Of a DNA stretch of 64,000 nucleotides, positions 48,607 through 61,456 are shown piece after piece; within the stretch, counting starts at the first letter, position 1, and each line of letters begins with the position of its first letter. The stretch lies in the NCBI GenBank assembly GCA_964036045.1, contig OZ038378.1:11346001-11410000 (forward strand). Direction: 5' to 3'. Made by a program: the position numbers and the translations under genes. Origin of the DNA: Eutreptiella sp. 'Long Island Sound 2002' (lineage: Eukaryota > Protista > Euglenida). The notes below the pieces were generated by a model. It was not told the DNA's origin, searched no databases, and saw nothing but the letters and a program-made list of their open reading frames with translations.

Positions 48607-49410
48607 CAAATGTGACTGCACCTTCAACAACCTATTTGGCCCTGAGTTCAAGTGGTTGCGCCTGCGTGGACTGGACACAGGCTGAAGACCACATATGGAG
48701 CCAGAAGGTGGTGCAAGAAAACATAGCTGCAACATCCTGAAGAATGCATCAGAGATTTTGTTTTCTGGGTACTGCTGCATTGTTTTTCTTGTGTACTTCC
48801 ACGTCTGCTTGGTGGATTGTAGTCTCATTGGACATGCAAAATTGCGCAACGCAAACTGCAAATGTGGTGACGATGGGTGTCGTTAATGCCATTTCAAGCT
48901 GCACCATATCATTCTTTGCCCCTAACAGTGTGCAGCTGTGGCAGCCGCCATTTTGCAGGACCTTGGTGTCATACACCTGCATGGACGCGTTGCTGAGCTG
49001 ATGATGTATTTGGACGACACCCTGAGCTGAAGCATAAGCACCAGCGTAACGTCGTCGACAGCTGAATCGCAGAGGCATTCGGCAGCAATAACCTCAATAG
49101 CAGCATTCGACTTGCTCGGGCTTGGCAAGTAAGGCCATCAGTCGCGACAGGAGGATAACGTCGCCACAGCCGTATTGCCACTGCTGCAACACAGATTTTT
49201 GAGGGGTGTTTGAGCCACGGGTGTGTGTGATGTTGAAGCTGCATGGCCAACCGTCGCACGACGATGTCGCATGTACAATGCACGAGGTTGCGAAAGCAGT
49301 AGAAAACCCCAGCCTTGAAACTTTCTTGACCTGGTCCCAAGACAGAAGCGTGAAATGCCTCACTTTAGAAAACACGGCAACTTTAGGCAACACGGTGCAT
49401 GTTGCAAGTT

Positions 49411-52400
49411 TCAAAAAGGGGTGAAAGGCACACAGATGGGTGTGCGGGATCCCGGCACAGACACGATTCTGTTTGCATCCAGAACCACGTAGATCCCTTC
49501 ATGATCCGTCAGGCTTTGGCCATCATCGTCTTTCAATGGAAACACCCCAAAGCCCGCGACACAGGGGCGCAGCCGTGCGGTGACAAGTGCATGGTCCAGC
49601 TGACTGCCAGTGCCACGATCCCATTGGTACTGCCGGTACAACGCCCCTCCGATACGCCAAGCCCATTTCGAGTGGGATGTGTTCTCGAGGTTGCAGATGG
49701 TGACGTACTCCCTGGCCTCATCAGCCGGCCTCGCCTGCAGTGTGTCCTGCAGCACCCTGAACTCGTCAGCCCAGTGTGCTGCGATGTTGAAGTCCCCAAT
49801 GAACAGCCGCAGCCCCGAAGGATCCGCATTGGCCCGCATCCAGTGCCTCAGGCAGTCCAGCTGCTGGTTTCGGATCGACCGAGGGTCCCACACGAACGGC
49901 TCTGATTGGAGGTGCAGCCCATAGATTTCGAGGGTGGGGCCGGAGCTGCCGCTGGGCGGCGACAACGACAGACGGATCACGCCCTTGGGCACGTGGCTCT
50001 CCAAAGGACCCGCGCCGGCGATGCCGTACTCCGCAAACGCAAACACGGTGCACCAGCACCGGAATGGCAGATCCCGGCGCCACACCTAAAGCGACGATCG
50101 TGGAGGGCACTGCTGGAACCTTTCCAATGAGAGAGGAATGGACTGCCAGCAAATTTCCACATCAGGGTGTAAGGCTGAGCCAGGGTTTTGCTTAATGACA
50201 GGGAAGGGGGGGGGGGGGAGACCCACCTACCAGATTTTTGAAAAACGCAGGGACCCAGAAATGTCACACCCCCATGGTAGGTAGGGATTCTGGTCCATTC
50301 ACCAGGGATTTCAATCGCCAGGTCGGCCCTGCTTTCCGGTTGGTACACCAGGGAAGGGTGCGCCCAACTTCCCTGGTGTATGGACCGGATAAGGGGGTAC
50401 GGCATACAGTTCCCTGGCGCATAGACCGGCATGGTTGCACACACATTCCCTGGTGGACAGACCAGAGAGCAGGTACCTGCGCACACAATGGCTGTTGATT
50501 GCGCACACAAATTCTGTTGTACTGGCCGGATTCCCGTGTGCAAAACCACCCGGGGAAAGCATATATCTGCATGCGTCAACAACAACAGTGGGGTTGATAC
50601 CTATCAACGGATTGGCGCACCAGCCACACGCACTTCCAACTCCACCACTTCCCTTTCCGGTACGAGCACAAGGGAGCTTGTGCACATACCGCATCGCCAT
50701 ACTCTGGCCGCAGTGCTTACAAGTGTCTCTACAGAGGCATTGTGCACGGTATCTATTACACCTGGTACAAGTACACACACTGCAATGTCGTGTGTGCACA
50801 CCAATCCCTTGGTATAGGAACAGGAAAGCGGTAACCGATGCGCAGCATAGTGACCATGTCCCCATGTTGTACAAGCCGTTGCACACCTCAACGATTGTTT
50901 GCGAAGGCACAAGAAAACTGCATCAGAATTTGGGACCTGCCTAAAATAGTGATTTTTCACTTTAGTGGCGGGTGTCACACTCACTTCATCCCTATGAGCC
51001 GCAAAAGACTGCCGCAACACTGTTCCTCCACACAGCACTTACACCGATGTCCCAAGGGTTGTTTTGCTGGCGGAGCCGACTAGACACACCTAGTACATTG
51101 ACCAGTGGCAAGGCACCTACCCCTAAGTTGTGCAGCCCTCTAGACCCCGAAACAACAACACATCATATGCACCATGGTCTTGTGCAAACAAACATCACCG
51201 GCAACCCCAACTGCCCCCCCCCCTCCCCACAAAAAAAAAAGCACCAACGCGTGGGGCGGGGGGATCTCCGCTTGACCAAACGTGCGCTCTGGCACGCACC
51301 TGCCTTCCTAACGTGCCCAACTTGTGCGGTAGTGGAGGGCTGATCTTGTTGGTGCATGGCTAATGCCTACTCCATGTATAGATGTGGTTCACAACAAATC
51401 AGTGTGTGACCTTGCATCTGCGCCGTGGGGCCTTCCATTGCATACCGCCTTCGTGCAGAAGCAGCGTGGTAGGCAGGCGGGGTTGGGGGGGGGGGGGGGG
51501 GGTAAGGGACACACATACAGAGAAGACTAGAGAGAAGAGATGGTGGTTGTGGTAGCGGCGGAGGTGGCATGTTGCCTTGTGCTACACAACTAAGGAGATA
51601 AGGTTGGTGCCTAGTGTCCTCATAGGCATTCTTGTCGCACCCCAAAGAGCAAGGGCGGTGCTTGCAATGCTTGTAGCCCCCAAGCGGCCTCCCATATGGT
51701 TTGTCATGTGCCCAAGGGTCCACCACGGGACTTGCAAGGCTCAACGCCCCACAACGGAAGGGGCCTCCCTTATTTTTCGTTGTGTGTAGGGGCCGGCATT
51801 ATCGATGTGCTTTGTTTCTTGATTCATATGTTTGTTGTTTGCCATAGATCAGAGGGGAGGGGTGTGCTATGGGAGGGATCTCAATCGGTTGTGTATGCGC
51901 GTCCTTGTCTGCCTCTGCTTGCCCAAGTGTGCCCTTTGGCGGGCATGTGGTTGCACCCGCCTTTCCGAGGTGCCTACCTCGTGCGGTCGCTGAGGCCTAA
52001 TCTTGATGGTGCCAGGCTAATGCCCGATCCGCGCACAGTTGTGGTTCACAACGAACCAAAATGTGGCCTTGCACATGTGGTTGCGGGGCCTTCCATCCCA
52101 TACTGCCGTCATGACACGGCATAGGCAGGGCAGGGGGTAAGGGGGTGGGGGGTTCACGCTACAAATATTGAGAAGAGAAGAAGAAGAAGCTCATGGTTCT
52201 GGGAGTACCAAGAAGATAAGGTGAGTGCTAAGTCTACTCATTGGTCGCATACGAGATTTTCAATGCTCCCAACAACCCCTCAAGCGAGGATGGTAGCCCA
52301 ACAGTGTTCCATTTGTCCCTTGAACACGTATGTACAACGCAAAGGTGCATATGCTGGCACAGTTGTGGCCTGCTCTATCTGTACTACTCACTACCCGCGC

Positions 52401-54366
52401 CCGCAAGCAGGGGACAATCCCCAATCCCCAATCCATCGGCATTCTTGTCACACCCCCAAGAGTAAGGGAGGTCCTTGCGGTGCTTGTAGCCCCCCCCCCC
52501 CCCCCCCTCCGGCGGAGGGGCCTCCATAGATGTTTTCTCGCGTGCATAGGGGTCTAGCACGGGGCTTGTGAATCTCACCACCCCTTGGCGTGGGGGCCTC
52601 CCTTATTTTTTGCAGTGCACACAGGGGCCAGCACAAACCATGTGCTCTGTGGTTGACAGCGCTGTGGACACAAGGGGATGCTGCCCCTTCACCCTCACCC
52701 ACCCACCCACCCACCCAGCTCCACACCCCCCCGTCCCCTTCCAGACACCCCCTTTCCCCTTCCGGGCTTGTGTAGTGGCCCACGAGTATGTTGTGCAAGT
52801 CATGTACCGTGCCCCCTTGGTTTGATTCCCCTTACCCACCCAGTGTGAAGCAGTTAATGGTGTGGACGCTAGTTATGTCGCACTGTGCCACACTCACAAA
52901 TACTCACTCTCACAAATGCACACTCACAAACGCACGTCCCCTGTTGGGTACCACTATGCGCCTAGGATAGGCAACCGGGTCCGATGCCATACTAGAGCTG
53001 CTAACCGGCGACCAGGTATGTTTGCAGCGAACAACCTACAGCACTACCACAACCACAACCATAGCCCACACACCACTATACAAGAACCGAGGTCTCACAG
53101 GGTCCTGTGGTCCGTGGGTGAGGGACCCTGGGACACTGATTCCTGCATTGGCTGCAACCAGGAGCAAAGCACAGTGATGTCCTAGTTGGTTGAACAGCCC
53201 CTTCACAAATGCATGTGCGGTGGTTCGCATTCCTGTCACCCGGGAGGGTGTATTTTGCAATGCACAGATACGGAGATAATCACTGATGGGCGCACGTACC
53301 CGCTTTCTGGTCTACAACCCCGGGATTTTGTGCGCAATGATAATACATGGAACCCGTGCGCACCATCCCCCTCATTGGTCTGTACATCAGGGAAAATGTG
53401 TGCATCACCCCCCATATTGGGTCCACCAGGGAATTTGTGCGCACACACAGGCACCAGACACCAAAGGGAATTGTGTGCAGACACCCACCTGCTTTTCACT
53501 CGATACACCAGGGGAGTGTGTGCAAAAATGGCCCCACACACACATTCCCTGATGTGCAAACCGGACTCCCTTCATATGGTAGGGGGGAGGGGGGTGTTGG
53601 ACACCCGTCCAGCCACCATGCCAAAAAGGAAAGGAGACATGCAGTACAGAAAGCACGTGCATTGCGCAGGGCCGAACAATGTGTTTCTGTCACACAAGCT
53701 ATTTGGAAATCTATTCCTCACTGGCACTGCTAGGCTCGGAGGAAGAAAGATCACAGTTGGAGGAAGACAATGATGCCACTGAGCACCAATCATCACATGC
53801 ACTCTTAACAACCGCTAACCATCCTGAACAATTGTCTTTAACCCTCAACAACCCTCATACGTCTCATACCACTCCAATGCCCTCCCAATGTGCCCCACAT
53901 GCGCCTATGGACAAACATCATCACTTGCATCCACATCCAACAACCCTCAGCAGACCTCATGCACCATTAACCGAACCCGCTCACCACCCTGCGCAACACA
54001 GACCATGGCCTGCCCGGAATCATATCTAAACGGCGCATCGGCCACTTTGCTGTGTGCCACAACGTCTCGGCGCGGCCCCAAAACCATCTCCCAGCGGCCA
54101 GCCTCGTGAAATACTCCAAAGAACGCATGGCGTGCCTCATCGTCATAGAGCTCCTGGAAGTAGAAGACGTCTGCGTCCATTGTCAGAGAGTTCTTGTAAA
54201 GAAGTCCGTGCGCAAGAGCTCGGGCACGATCGGTTGCGCACCCGGTGGTCAGGATTGACAGGGGACCTGAGGGCATCAAGTTCAGGTTCACAGAGACAAT
54301 CTTCAGCCCTCGGGCGCCGGCGACTCCGCCAGGGGGCCCTGGGGGCGCCGCTTGCCCAGAAACCAT
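49411..54366 (-). CDS. Exonuclease-endonuclease-phosphatase (EEP) family phosphodiesterase, neutral-sphingomyelinase-like, about 345 aa, 2 exons (54366-54004, 50085-49411)
   Basis: EEP motifs in order: KIVSVNLN, DADVFYFQE, DSGQAM|VW, PKGV, LHLQS, FIGDFN, LDH, LTDHEGI. Acceptors cacag|ATG and ctttag; donor GTCTGT (alternative donor at 54045). Substrate assignment is an inference. Confidence 0.85.
50330..53570. repeat. Two related motif-array elements (about 50330-50850 and 53285-53570) near the two ends of the EEP intron
   Basis: Motif caccagggaa-tgtgtgca recurs on + at 53320-53525 and as tgcacacacattccctggtg near 50437-50456; internal hairpin tacaccagggaag/cttccctggtgta near 50344-50380. Confidence 0.75.
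51300..52640. repeat. Old diverged tandem duplication, unit about 660-830 bp
   Basis: gtggttcacaac at 51384 and 52041; ggcattcttgtc at about 51625 and 52438; cctcccttatttt near 51765 and 52597. Confidence 0.75.
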
Positions 54367-55539
54367 CTGTGACACAAATGCAGGATTCGATGCAGTGCCT
54401 GGAGAAACACCCCAGAGTTGAACAAGAATGGCTGTCTACGGTGTACAACAACACAATAAGACACAGGCGGAGCGGGGGCTCTTAAGAGCAAAACCACAAA
54501 GTGGCTCGGGCTTGTGTGGTCTCTCGACTGGTTGCCAGTGGATGGCAGTTAGGAGGTCACCAACGCTATTGGGCCGTTGACCTGACGGTGCAAAAGGTGC
54601 AGGGGAGGATGGGGATCAGGGCCAACAAAAGAAATATCGAGAAAATGGCTCCTAAAAGTGTAAAGAGTGGGAGCTGGGGGGGGGGGGGGTGAAAGCTAAA
54701 CACATGTCTTCAATCCACATCATTGCCCAATACACTGCCCTTTGTCCATACATCTGCAAGTGCATGAAAAGCGAAGTCTAACAAGCACGGACAACCAGTT
54801 TGTCATTGTAGCTATGTTAGAACACATCCATGAACAATCAACAAAATCATTGGAGCCGTACCAGAATGTCTTGATGGGGGGAATCTTCGGTCCAGAAAGT
54901 TGATGCATAAACAACAAAGCAAGCAGTTTTGGAAACTTGCGGCTTTGTGGGTGACACGTTGTGAACCCTCCTTGAAATTTTGGTTCAGCTTTGTTGGGTC
55001 TTACCCAATACACAGCAATTCTGTTGAAATTTTCAAGTCACGTGATAAAAATTGAGACCTTGATGGCGACTTGTACATCAGCTTGTCAAGAAAATGGCCC
55101 CAAATGGATGGGGCTTTCAACAGCAGGGGGGTACCTCCACCAACATGCATGCAATTTTAGAATTCCACATCTTTTTGCAAGCACGTTGGCTCTGAAGTGG
55201 GATTCTGCGTGGCTTGGCCGCTTCCAAAAACACCACTGAAAATGCATGCTGCCAACAGCACCCACAAGGAGCTGAATTTTCCAGCACATCTGTTGAGGAC
55301 AGACACCCTAGTACCCACCCCCCCCTTTGTATAAGCTGCGCAAAAGTACGGAATTAATACGGTCCCCACGCCTACTGTAGTTTGGACAACGGCGTGGCTT
55401 GCGTGCAACACATAGAGGGAGTACTCGCACCGTGCGCGCACCGTGCCAAGTATTTGAACAACTTCTCCAGCAGATGGTCTACCGGGGAGGGGGTTGTAGA
55501 TGGTACCTGGTAGGCTCTGAGCCTCTCTGAAGTGTTACC

Positions 55540-55740
55540 ATTCCCCCTGGTTGGCTCTCAATGGTTGCGGTTATATCCTGGTGGCTTTGGATGGTCACTG
55601 TCATTTCCTGATGGGCTCTGGATAGTTGCTGTTATTTCCTTGTGGATCCTGGATGGTTACTGTTATTTCCTACTGTGTCCTGGATGTTTATGGTTTTTTC
55701 CTTATGGGCAGTGGATGGTCACCATTATTTCTCAACAACT
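55540..55740. repeat. About 30-bp degenerate minisatellite (ctggatggttactgttatttcct); second locus at about 1550-1665
   Basis: Direct reading of tandem units at both loci. Confidence 0.85.
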
Positions 55741-55910
55741 CCAATGCTGGAACCGTGCGCGCACCGTGTGCGCACTGTGCCCGGTACTCCCTCATACAAC
55801 GACCGACACACACGCGAGCGAGCGCATGGTATGAGTGCACCCTAACCTCCATCCACATTCCCAAAGGCATGCAAACACAAGAAAGTGTTGGAACAATTGC
55901 ACATGCTCAC

Positions 55911-56629
55911 CACTTGAAGATGCCTTTGAAGATGCTTTTGCCCAGGGTTTAGGGGCTGGTTTGGGCTCAGGCAACTTCAAATTCTTGGGAATGAAATCCC
56001 TCTTCTCTGATGGTCCCTTCATTGTGGCATCTACATGCTGACCAGTGGAAAGTGTGAAAATAATCGGACGCCTAGGTTCAAAAAGTGCATGGTGAGCTGG
56101 TGCAAGAAAGCGGAATGTAGTGCACAAATATCCCCAAAATCACAGCTATGTGGGTTCAAGTGGGCAAACACTCACCACAAATGTGTCCATGACTCTATGT
56201 GACTGGCAAATTTGTCATCAAACCCACATCTTATGTGGCTGCACGACATTTGGTGCTGACTTAAAATTAGGTAAAACCCCCCCCCCCCGCTGGTCAAAGG
56301 TCAGCAAAACAACAAGTCACACGGGGTCTTCGTGCTTAGACAAGCCCGTGCTTGCGCGCGACGCGCAACACAAAAAGACACTACAAATAGAAAAGCTGCC
56401 TGTTCCCCACACCAAGCACAATTCTCATAAACATGGCACTAGAACACGATCTGAGGCAAAATTCTGCATGGTCCTCGTGTCGTTACTGCCCATGCCCATG
56501 AACAGGTGTGGAATAGAAACCCTTTCCAACCTTGTGCTTCATCTTAAACGGTTGCACATGATTCCCCTTTGTGGCAGGCTTCAGAGCAAGCTTGGTTGCA
56601 GGTTGTGGAATAGGTGTAGGCTTCCTATT
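55911..56629 (-). CDS. Two putative Lys/Pro-rich exons (56629-56531, 56037-55911), possibly upstream exons of the EEP gene or a separate gene
   Basis: AG/GT ends and a phase-0 join (NRKPTPIPQPATK...KHK|HVDATMKGPSEKRDFIPK...); no phase link to exon 54366 found. Confidence 0.3.
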
Positions 56630-57799
56630 CTTGGGGACAACAACGACAACAACTGTCATCAACAATATCTTTCGTGCATTGGGTTCCAGTACCAATCAGA
56701 ATGTTGTTGTGAGCAAGAGGAACCATCACAAACATGACCCAGCCCCCCTTTCCGTCTACAATCACCACACGGTCACCAAACAATGAAGTTTTGACCATAA
56801 AGACCACGGTCAGAAGAAACCATCAAAACAACGGTCACACGGGTCTTTGTGCTTGGACAAGGGGGGGTGGGGGGTACAAAATTAATATGGTCCCTATGCC
56901 CACTGTAGCTTGGACAGGGGTTGGGCTTATGCAGGAGGAGGGGGGGGCACGTGCTTGGTCCTAAATCTCACATTTCGCAACTTGTGAGAGAGCACACGGA
57001 GCAGATAGATCGGCTTGTGGTGGGGTATATAAGACTGACAACTCTTTCGTGCGGGTTTTCGCCCAAGAGCTCACCGGGGACCTGTTGTGCTAGAGAATCA
57101 AACAACATAGTTCTTTGAGGAATACAATTTTCAAGTTGTTCTGCAAGAATTTCGGCTTACCTAACTTGCTCATTTTTGCCAGAAAATCAGCTCGCAGAGG
57201 TTGTTAGATCAAAGCCACGCAGGCCCGTATATAGGGGAAAACGCCACATACCCCCCCTTTTGGGCCTTTTTGGAGCTATTTGCGTACCCTACCTCAAGGG
57301 GTTGAATCGTCTGTTTAACCCCTTGTAAAATAATTATTTTGTCCAATAAACGCATCCCCCAATGAGTTCTTGGTCCCGACCCCCCTAGCCCCCCCCCCCC
57401 CCCCCACTTGAAACCCACTTTTTTGAGGTTTGAGGACCCCCCTTTTTATGGGTCGAAAATCATGAATCTTTTGGGTTTTTTAGATTTTGAGCCGAAAAAG
57501 TGTTTCCAGGTCCCAACTCCATGGGGTTTGTATGGGGCGGAGTGGGACGAACACTAATTCAGTTTATGCAGTTTTCAGCTTGCTATGTTGGCGGTTTGGT
57601 GACCTCGGTGACCCCGTGCTACCCACTGTGAGGGGTGTGAGTGGGGATGTTGTGACTGCATATGCCTACTAGGATACGAAAGGACATTTTTTGTAGTGTG
57701 TAGCCTTGCCGAGGGCCGGTCCAAAGACGCCAAATGACTGTTTCCACCAATAATGGCTTACATGAGTGAATGGGCCGGTGCACAACCTGCGTACGCAGT

Positions 57800-58130
57800 T
57801 TTTCACCTTGGACAGCTCAAAAATCGAAGATTTCTGATATTGTTATTTTTTTGATATTGTGATCCCCTAAAATGACCATCCAAGGTATGTAAAGCATGTT
57901 TTAGGCCGAATTTACGTGTTTTTCACCTTATTTGGGTATTGGGTGCACGGGGGGGGGGGGGTCTCCCAAGGGATTGGTACACAACTTGCTTATTTTTCAC
58001 CCTATCCAGCTCAAAAATCGAAGTTTTGGAAACTTCTTTTTTTGATATTGCGATCTCCTAAAATGACCATCCAAGATATGTAAAGCATGTTTTAGCCCGT
58101 ATTTATGTAGTTTTTACCCTATTTTGGGTG
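57800..58130. repeat. About 135-bp direct repeat (57800-57940 and 57994-58130)
   Basis: cagctcaaaaatcgaag...ctaaaatgaccatccaag-tatgtaaagcatgttttag present twice. Confidence 0.9.
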
Positions 58131-58788
58131 TGTGTTGCTTGGGGTAGATTCTCTGCGAGGTGGACTTGCCAAAGGCAATAGAATTTATCAAATGCAAGAT
58201 GGCAAGTTGCCACGGGGCTGTCCCTAGGGGGGGGGGATCTTCGGCTATTGGCGCCTATGATTTTGCCCAAAACTGTACCTTGACACTGCACAAGGAAGTT
58301 GGGCAGTGCAGCCACACGCAAAGTAGAGATTGGCGTGCAATAATTTGTCATCTTTCAGCCTGTTGTTGCACTGGTTGCATGTGACCTCGCTCAATGGGTC
58401 CCTCACACCCTGCCATATCTCTTCCCCCAGCAACTCCCACTAAGGGACAGTATTGACAAGGGCTTCAAAGGTAGATCATTTCCTGGAGAAGGTGTTTAGA
58501 TACCCGACGTGGTGCATGCACAATGCGCCTGCTGTGTGTGTGCGGTGCACGCGCAGGGAGTGCACTCCCTCTAAAAGTGGATGCTCCAACTCAAAATGAA
58601 AACATGGTCACAACCCCTGTTTCTCAACTCGGTCTGTGTTGGTCGGCTTACCCTTTTGTCTCCCCACGTGCTTTTCTGCTGGCGCAGAGCACCCTTGGGC
58701 AGCCACAAAAATGATTTTCACACCCATTCCTGCAAACTAGCCAGTTCCACAACTACTGAGCCAGGATTCCCCTGCTCTGGCTTTCCGT

Positions 58789-58974
<186 letters not shown>

Positions 58975-58981
58975 AGGGGGG

Positions 58982-59471
58982 TTGTACCATTTTTACCAGG
59001 TCTCCCGGTTGAGCCCGTATAGGCCACATTGGCGTCCTCGGGTCGGGTCGCTTACCCCATCATAGCAGGCCCATGGTGCAGGCCAGGGGCGTGAGTGCGT
59101 CCCTGTATTACCCCTCGACCAGTGCGATATGCACTTGGGCCAGAACCTGGCTCGCTGCCCCAGGACCACCCTGGAAGTGGGGTGGTGGCTCCGTGGCTTC
59201 CGCCGGGCCAGCTCCACGGCATGAGTTCGACGAGCCCGTCATCGCCATGTTGCCCCGTGTGTTGTATGTGTATTGGGGCTTCCACAGCTGGTGGTGCTCG
59301 CGGCAGCGAGGCGGCCTCCACGGCCTACTCATTTGGCGATTTCCCCAGAAAGGATGCCCTTGACGCACGGCTGCCGCCGCCCGCCTCCAAACATGCCCGC
59401 TCCGGGGATCGAACCCACGACCTTACGGTTGCGAGACCTACGCTTAGCCCGGTTGAGTGAGCCGGGGATCC
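58982..59471 (-). mobile_element. tRNA-headed SINE-like insertion, 490 bp
   Basis: Degenerate tRNA head at about 59468-59394 (B-box GGTTCGATCCC), flanked by a 20-bp direct repeat TATGTGTATGTGCAGGGGGG (58962-58981, 59472-59491). Confidence 0.65.
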
Positions 59472-60104
59472 TATGTGTATGTGCAGGGGGGGGATGCCAT
59501 ATTATAGAGGAAGGCCTGCATGGGTCCAGGGGTGGGCGCCCAGCAGAGGGGGGCCTGTGCCAGAAGGATGTCTGATGAAAAGCATCATGACTGCACTGGC
59601 CCCCCTTGAGAGTCGTCACCCTCGCCTAGGCCAGAGCCTCTGGTGGCTGTGGGTTATGAGACCTCGGTGCCTGCACGTCCATGCCGCTCCGGCCGGCGTG
59701 CTCGTTTGCCCGGCGGGCCGTCGTGGGGAGGTATCTCTCCCCTCCGTCGCTTCGTCCCCGCGCGCCGGGGGTAGGACTGGCGCTGGGCGCTGGACGCCCC
59801 TGGGGTTTGCCCCCCCCCCCTCACCGGTGTGTGTGTCACTCGCCTTTTGGGGGCTGGGGGTCGTCCCCCCTCCCCGACCTGGAGTCCTCTGGCTGGCTCT
59901 GCGCACCCCCAGGCGGCGCAGTGGGGTGGGGGCTCGCCCTGCGGCAGGGGGGCACATCGCAGGCACTCGCGGGTGCCCCTGGTGCCCTCGGGCACAGCAG
60001 TGCCGCACTCTCCTGTGTGCTATCGCACACGCTCTGCACGGTGGGTGTCCATGTGCTTCGTGTGTGTGTATGTGTATGTGTATTGGTATCTGGACAGGAA
60101 CCTA

Positions 60105-60330
60105 CCATCTCAACCATTGGTTTGAGACAGGGTTGAGACAGGGTCTGGACAAGCAACTTACACCTCATTTCAATTCAAACTTCCAACTGTATAATGAACG
60201 TGCACTGTTTCTGCATTTACGGAGGATGACACCAAAACTCAACACTATCTCAACCCTGTCTCAACCCATCTCAACCAGAGGGTCAAGTCAGGGTTGAGAC
60301 AGGGTTGAGACAGCTGCATCTCAACTAGCT
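60105..60330. repeat. Small palindromic element built from GGGTTGAGACA and TGTCTCAACCC motifs
   Basis: Motif clusters in both orientations at about 60120-60146, 60247-60280 and 60288-60312. Confidence 0.8.
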
Positions 60331-61456
60331 ACAGGCAAGATCAGCATGGTCTGCAGACCAGGTGATGTCGCAGTAGCCCTGGAGTGACACCAATGCCAGT
60401 GGAAACTGCCCTGTAAATGACTTGAGCAAGGCAGTGGACATGGTCAGAGGGATCAACATGCGTATGAACCACCTCTCGCTATTTGGTTTGACCACATGTT
60501 TCATTGACAGATGCAGCCTCCAATTTCGGGTCGCATTCTGGTATCTTCACCAAATTTGCCATTTAGAGGTGTGCCTTTCTGCGACACACCAATTCAAGTG
60601 GAGAAGGCTTGCTTCAGCTGTAGATATATACGTACTCCGGTGGGGCTAAAGGGTTCGGCATGCATTCATTGGTGCATGTAGCGTTTGTTGATGGAGGGGC
60701 TGGGTTTTGGGTGGGTCCCTGCTTGGAAACATGGACCCGAAGGATTGTTTGGAAGCTGCACTCGAGGGGGTGGGGTTTTCTTTGTGGGGTTTTTTTGTGC
60801 TTTTTACTAATGAAGGTAGTTGACGTGACGCTGTCGCTTAGTGTAACACCATCACTGCCCCCATTCTATTCCCTACGTGTCCTCTATAAATTGATGGAAC
60901 TCGCCATTCAACACCTCTTGCACTTCGAACGAGACACCTAATCCAAAATACTCTGTACAGTGGTTACAAGGACTATAAGTTACATAGTAAAATGGATAAG
61001 AGCATATTAGCAAATGGGGGCGGTGAGGCTTGGGAACATGAGAAATGATCAAAAGTGAGTTGGGCCAGCATAAAAGCCTGTAGGGAGGCAAACAGAGATG
61101 AGAATCGATCGGTTTTCATTTCCATGGTTTCATAAAAGCCACAAAAAGCAGGATAACATCGACAGCTGACCCCGCTGACCAATGCCGGTGCCTTTCCAAA
61201 AGATGGCTTCACGGCGATCCCGGCTGAGCCAACCCATGGACGCCCCAACATGCCCCCCCCGCAGAGGGCCCTCCGGGCCATGATAGCGCCAATTGGCCGA
61301 GACCTGTGGGCCGCCTCTTCCCCGACGCAGGGACCCCCCAGACGGCCGAGACGGCATGGGATACGTAGCCACTTTGAATCCCCCTTCACTGCTGCTTTAT
61401 CATGGGCGATGATAAAACACACACACACACACACACACACATGCTAACTCCGGCAG

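Noticed and set aside
53285-53570. CRISPR-like appearance (short motif with variable spacers)
   Set aside because: Motif is degenerate, spacing is irregular, spacers resemble each other, there are no cas genes, and it lies in a eukaryotic intron.
8165-54366. Non-conventional (non GT-AG) euglenid-type introns
   Set aside because: Every junction I could resolve in the kinase, GH5 and EEP genes is canonical GT-AG; only the unresolved gene A junctions remain open.
59394-59468. Functional tRNA-Ala(CGC) gene
   Set aside because: Acceptor, anticodon and T stems are mismatched; treated as a SINE head.
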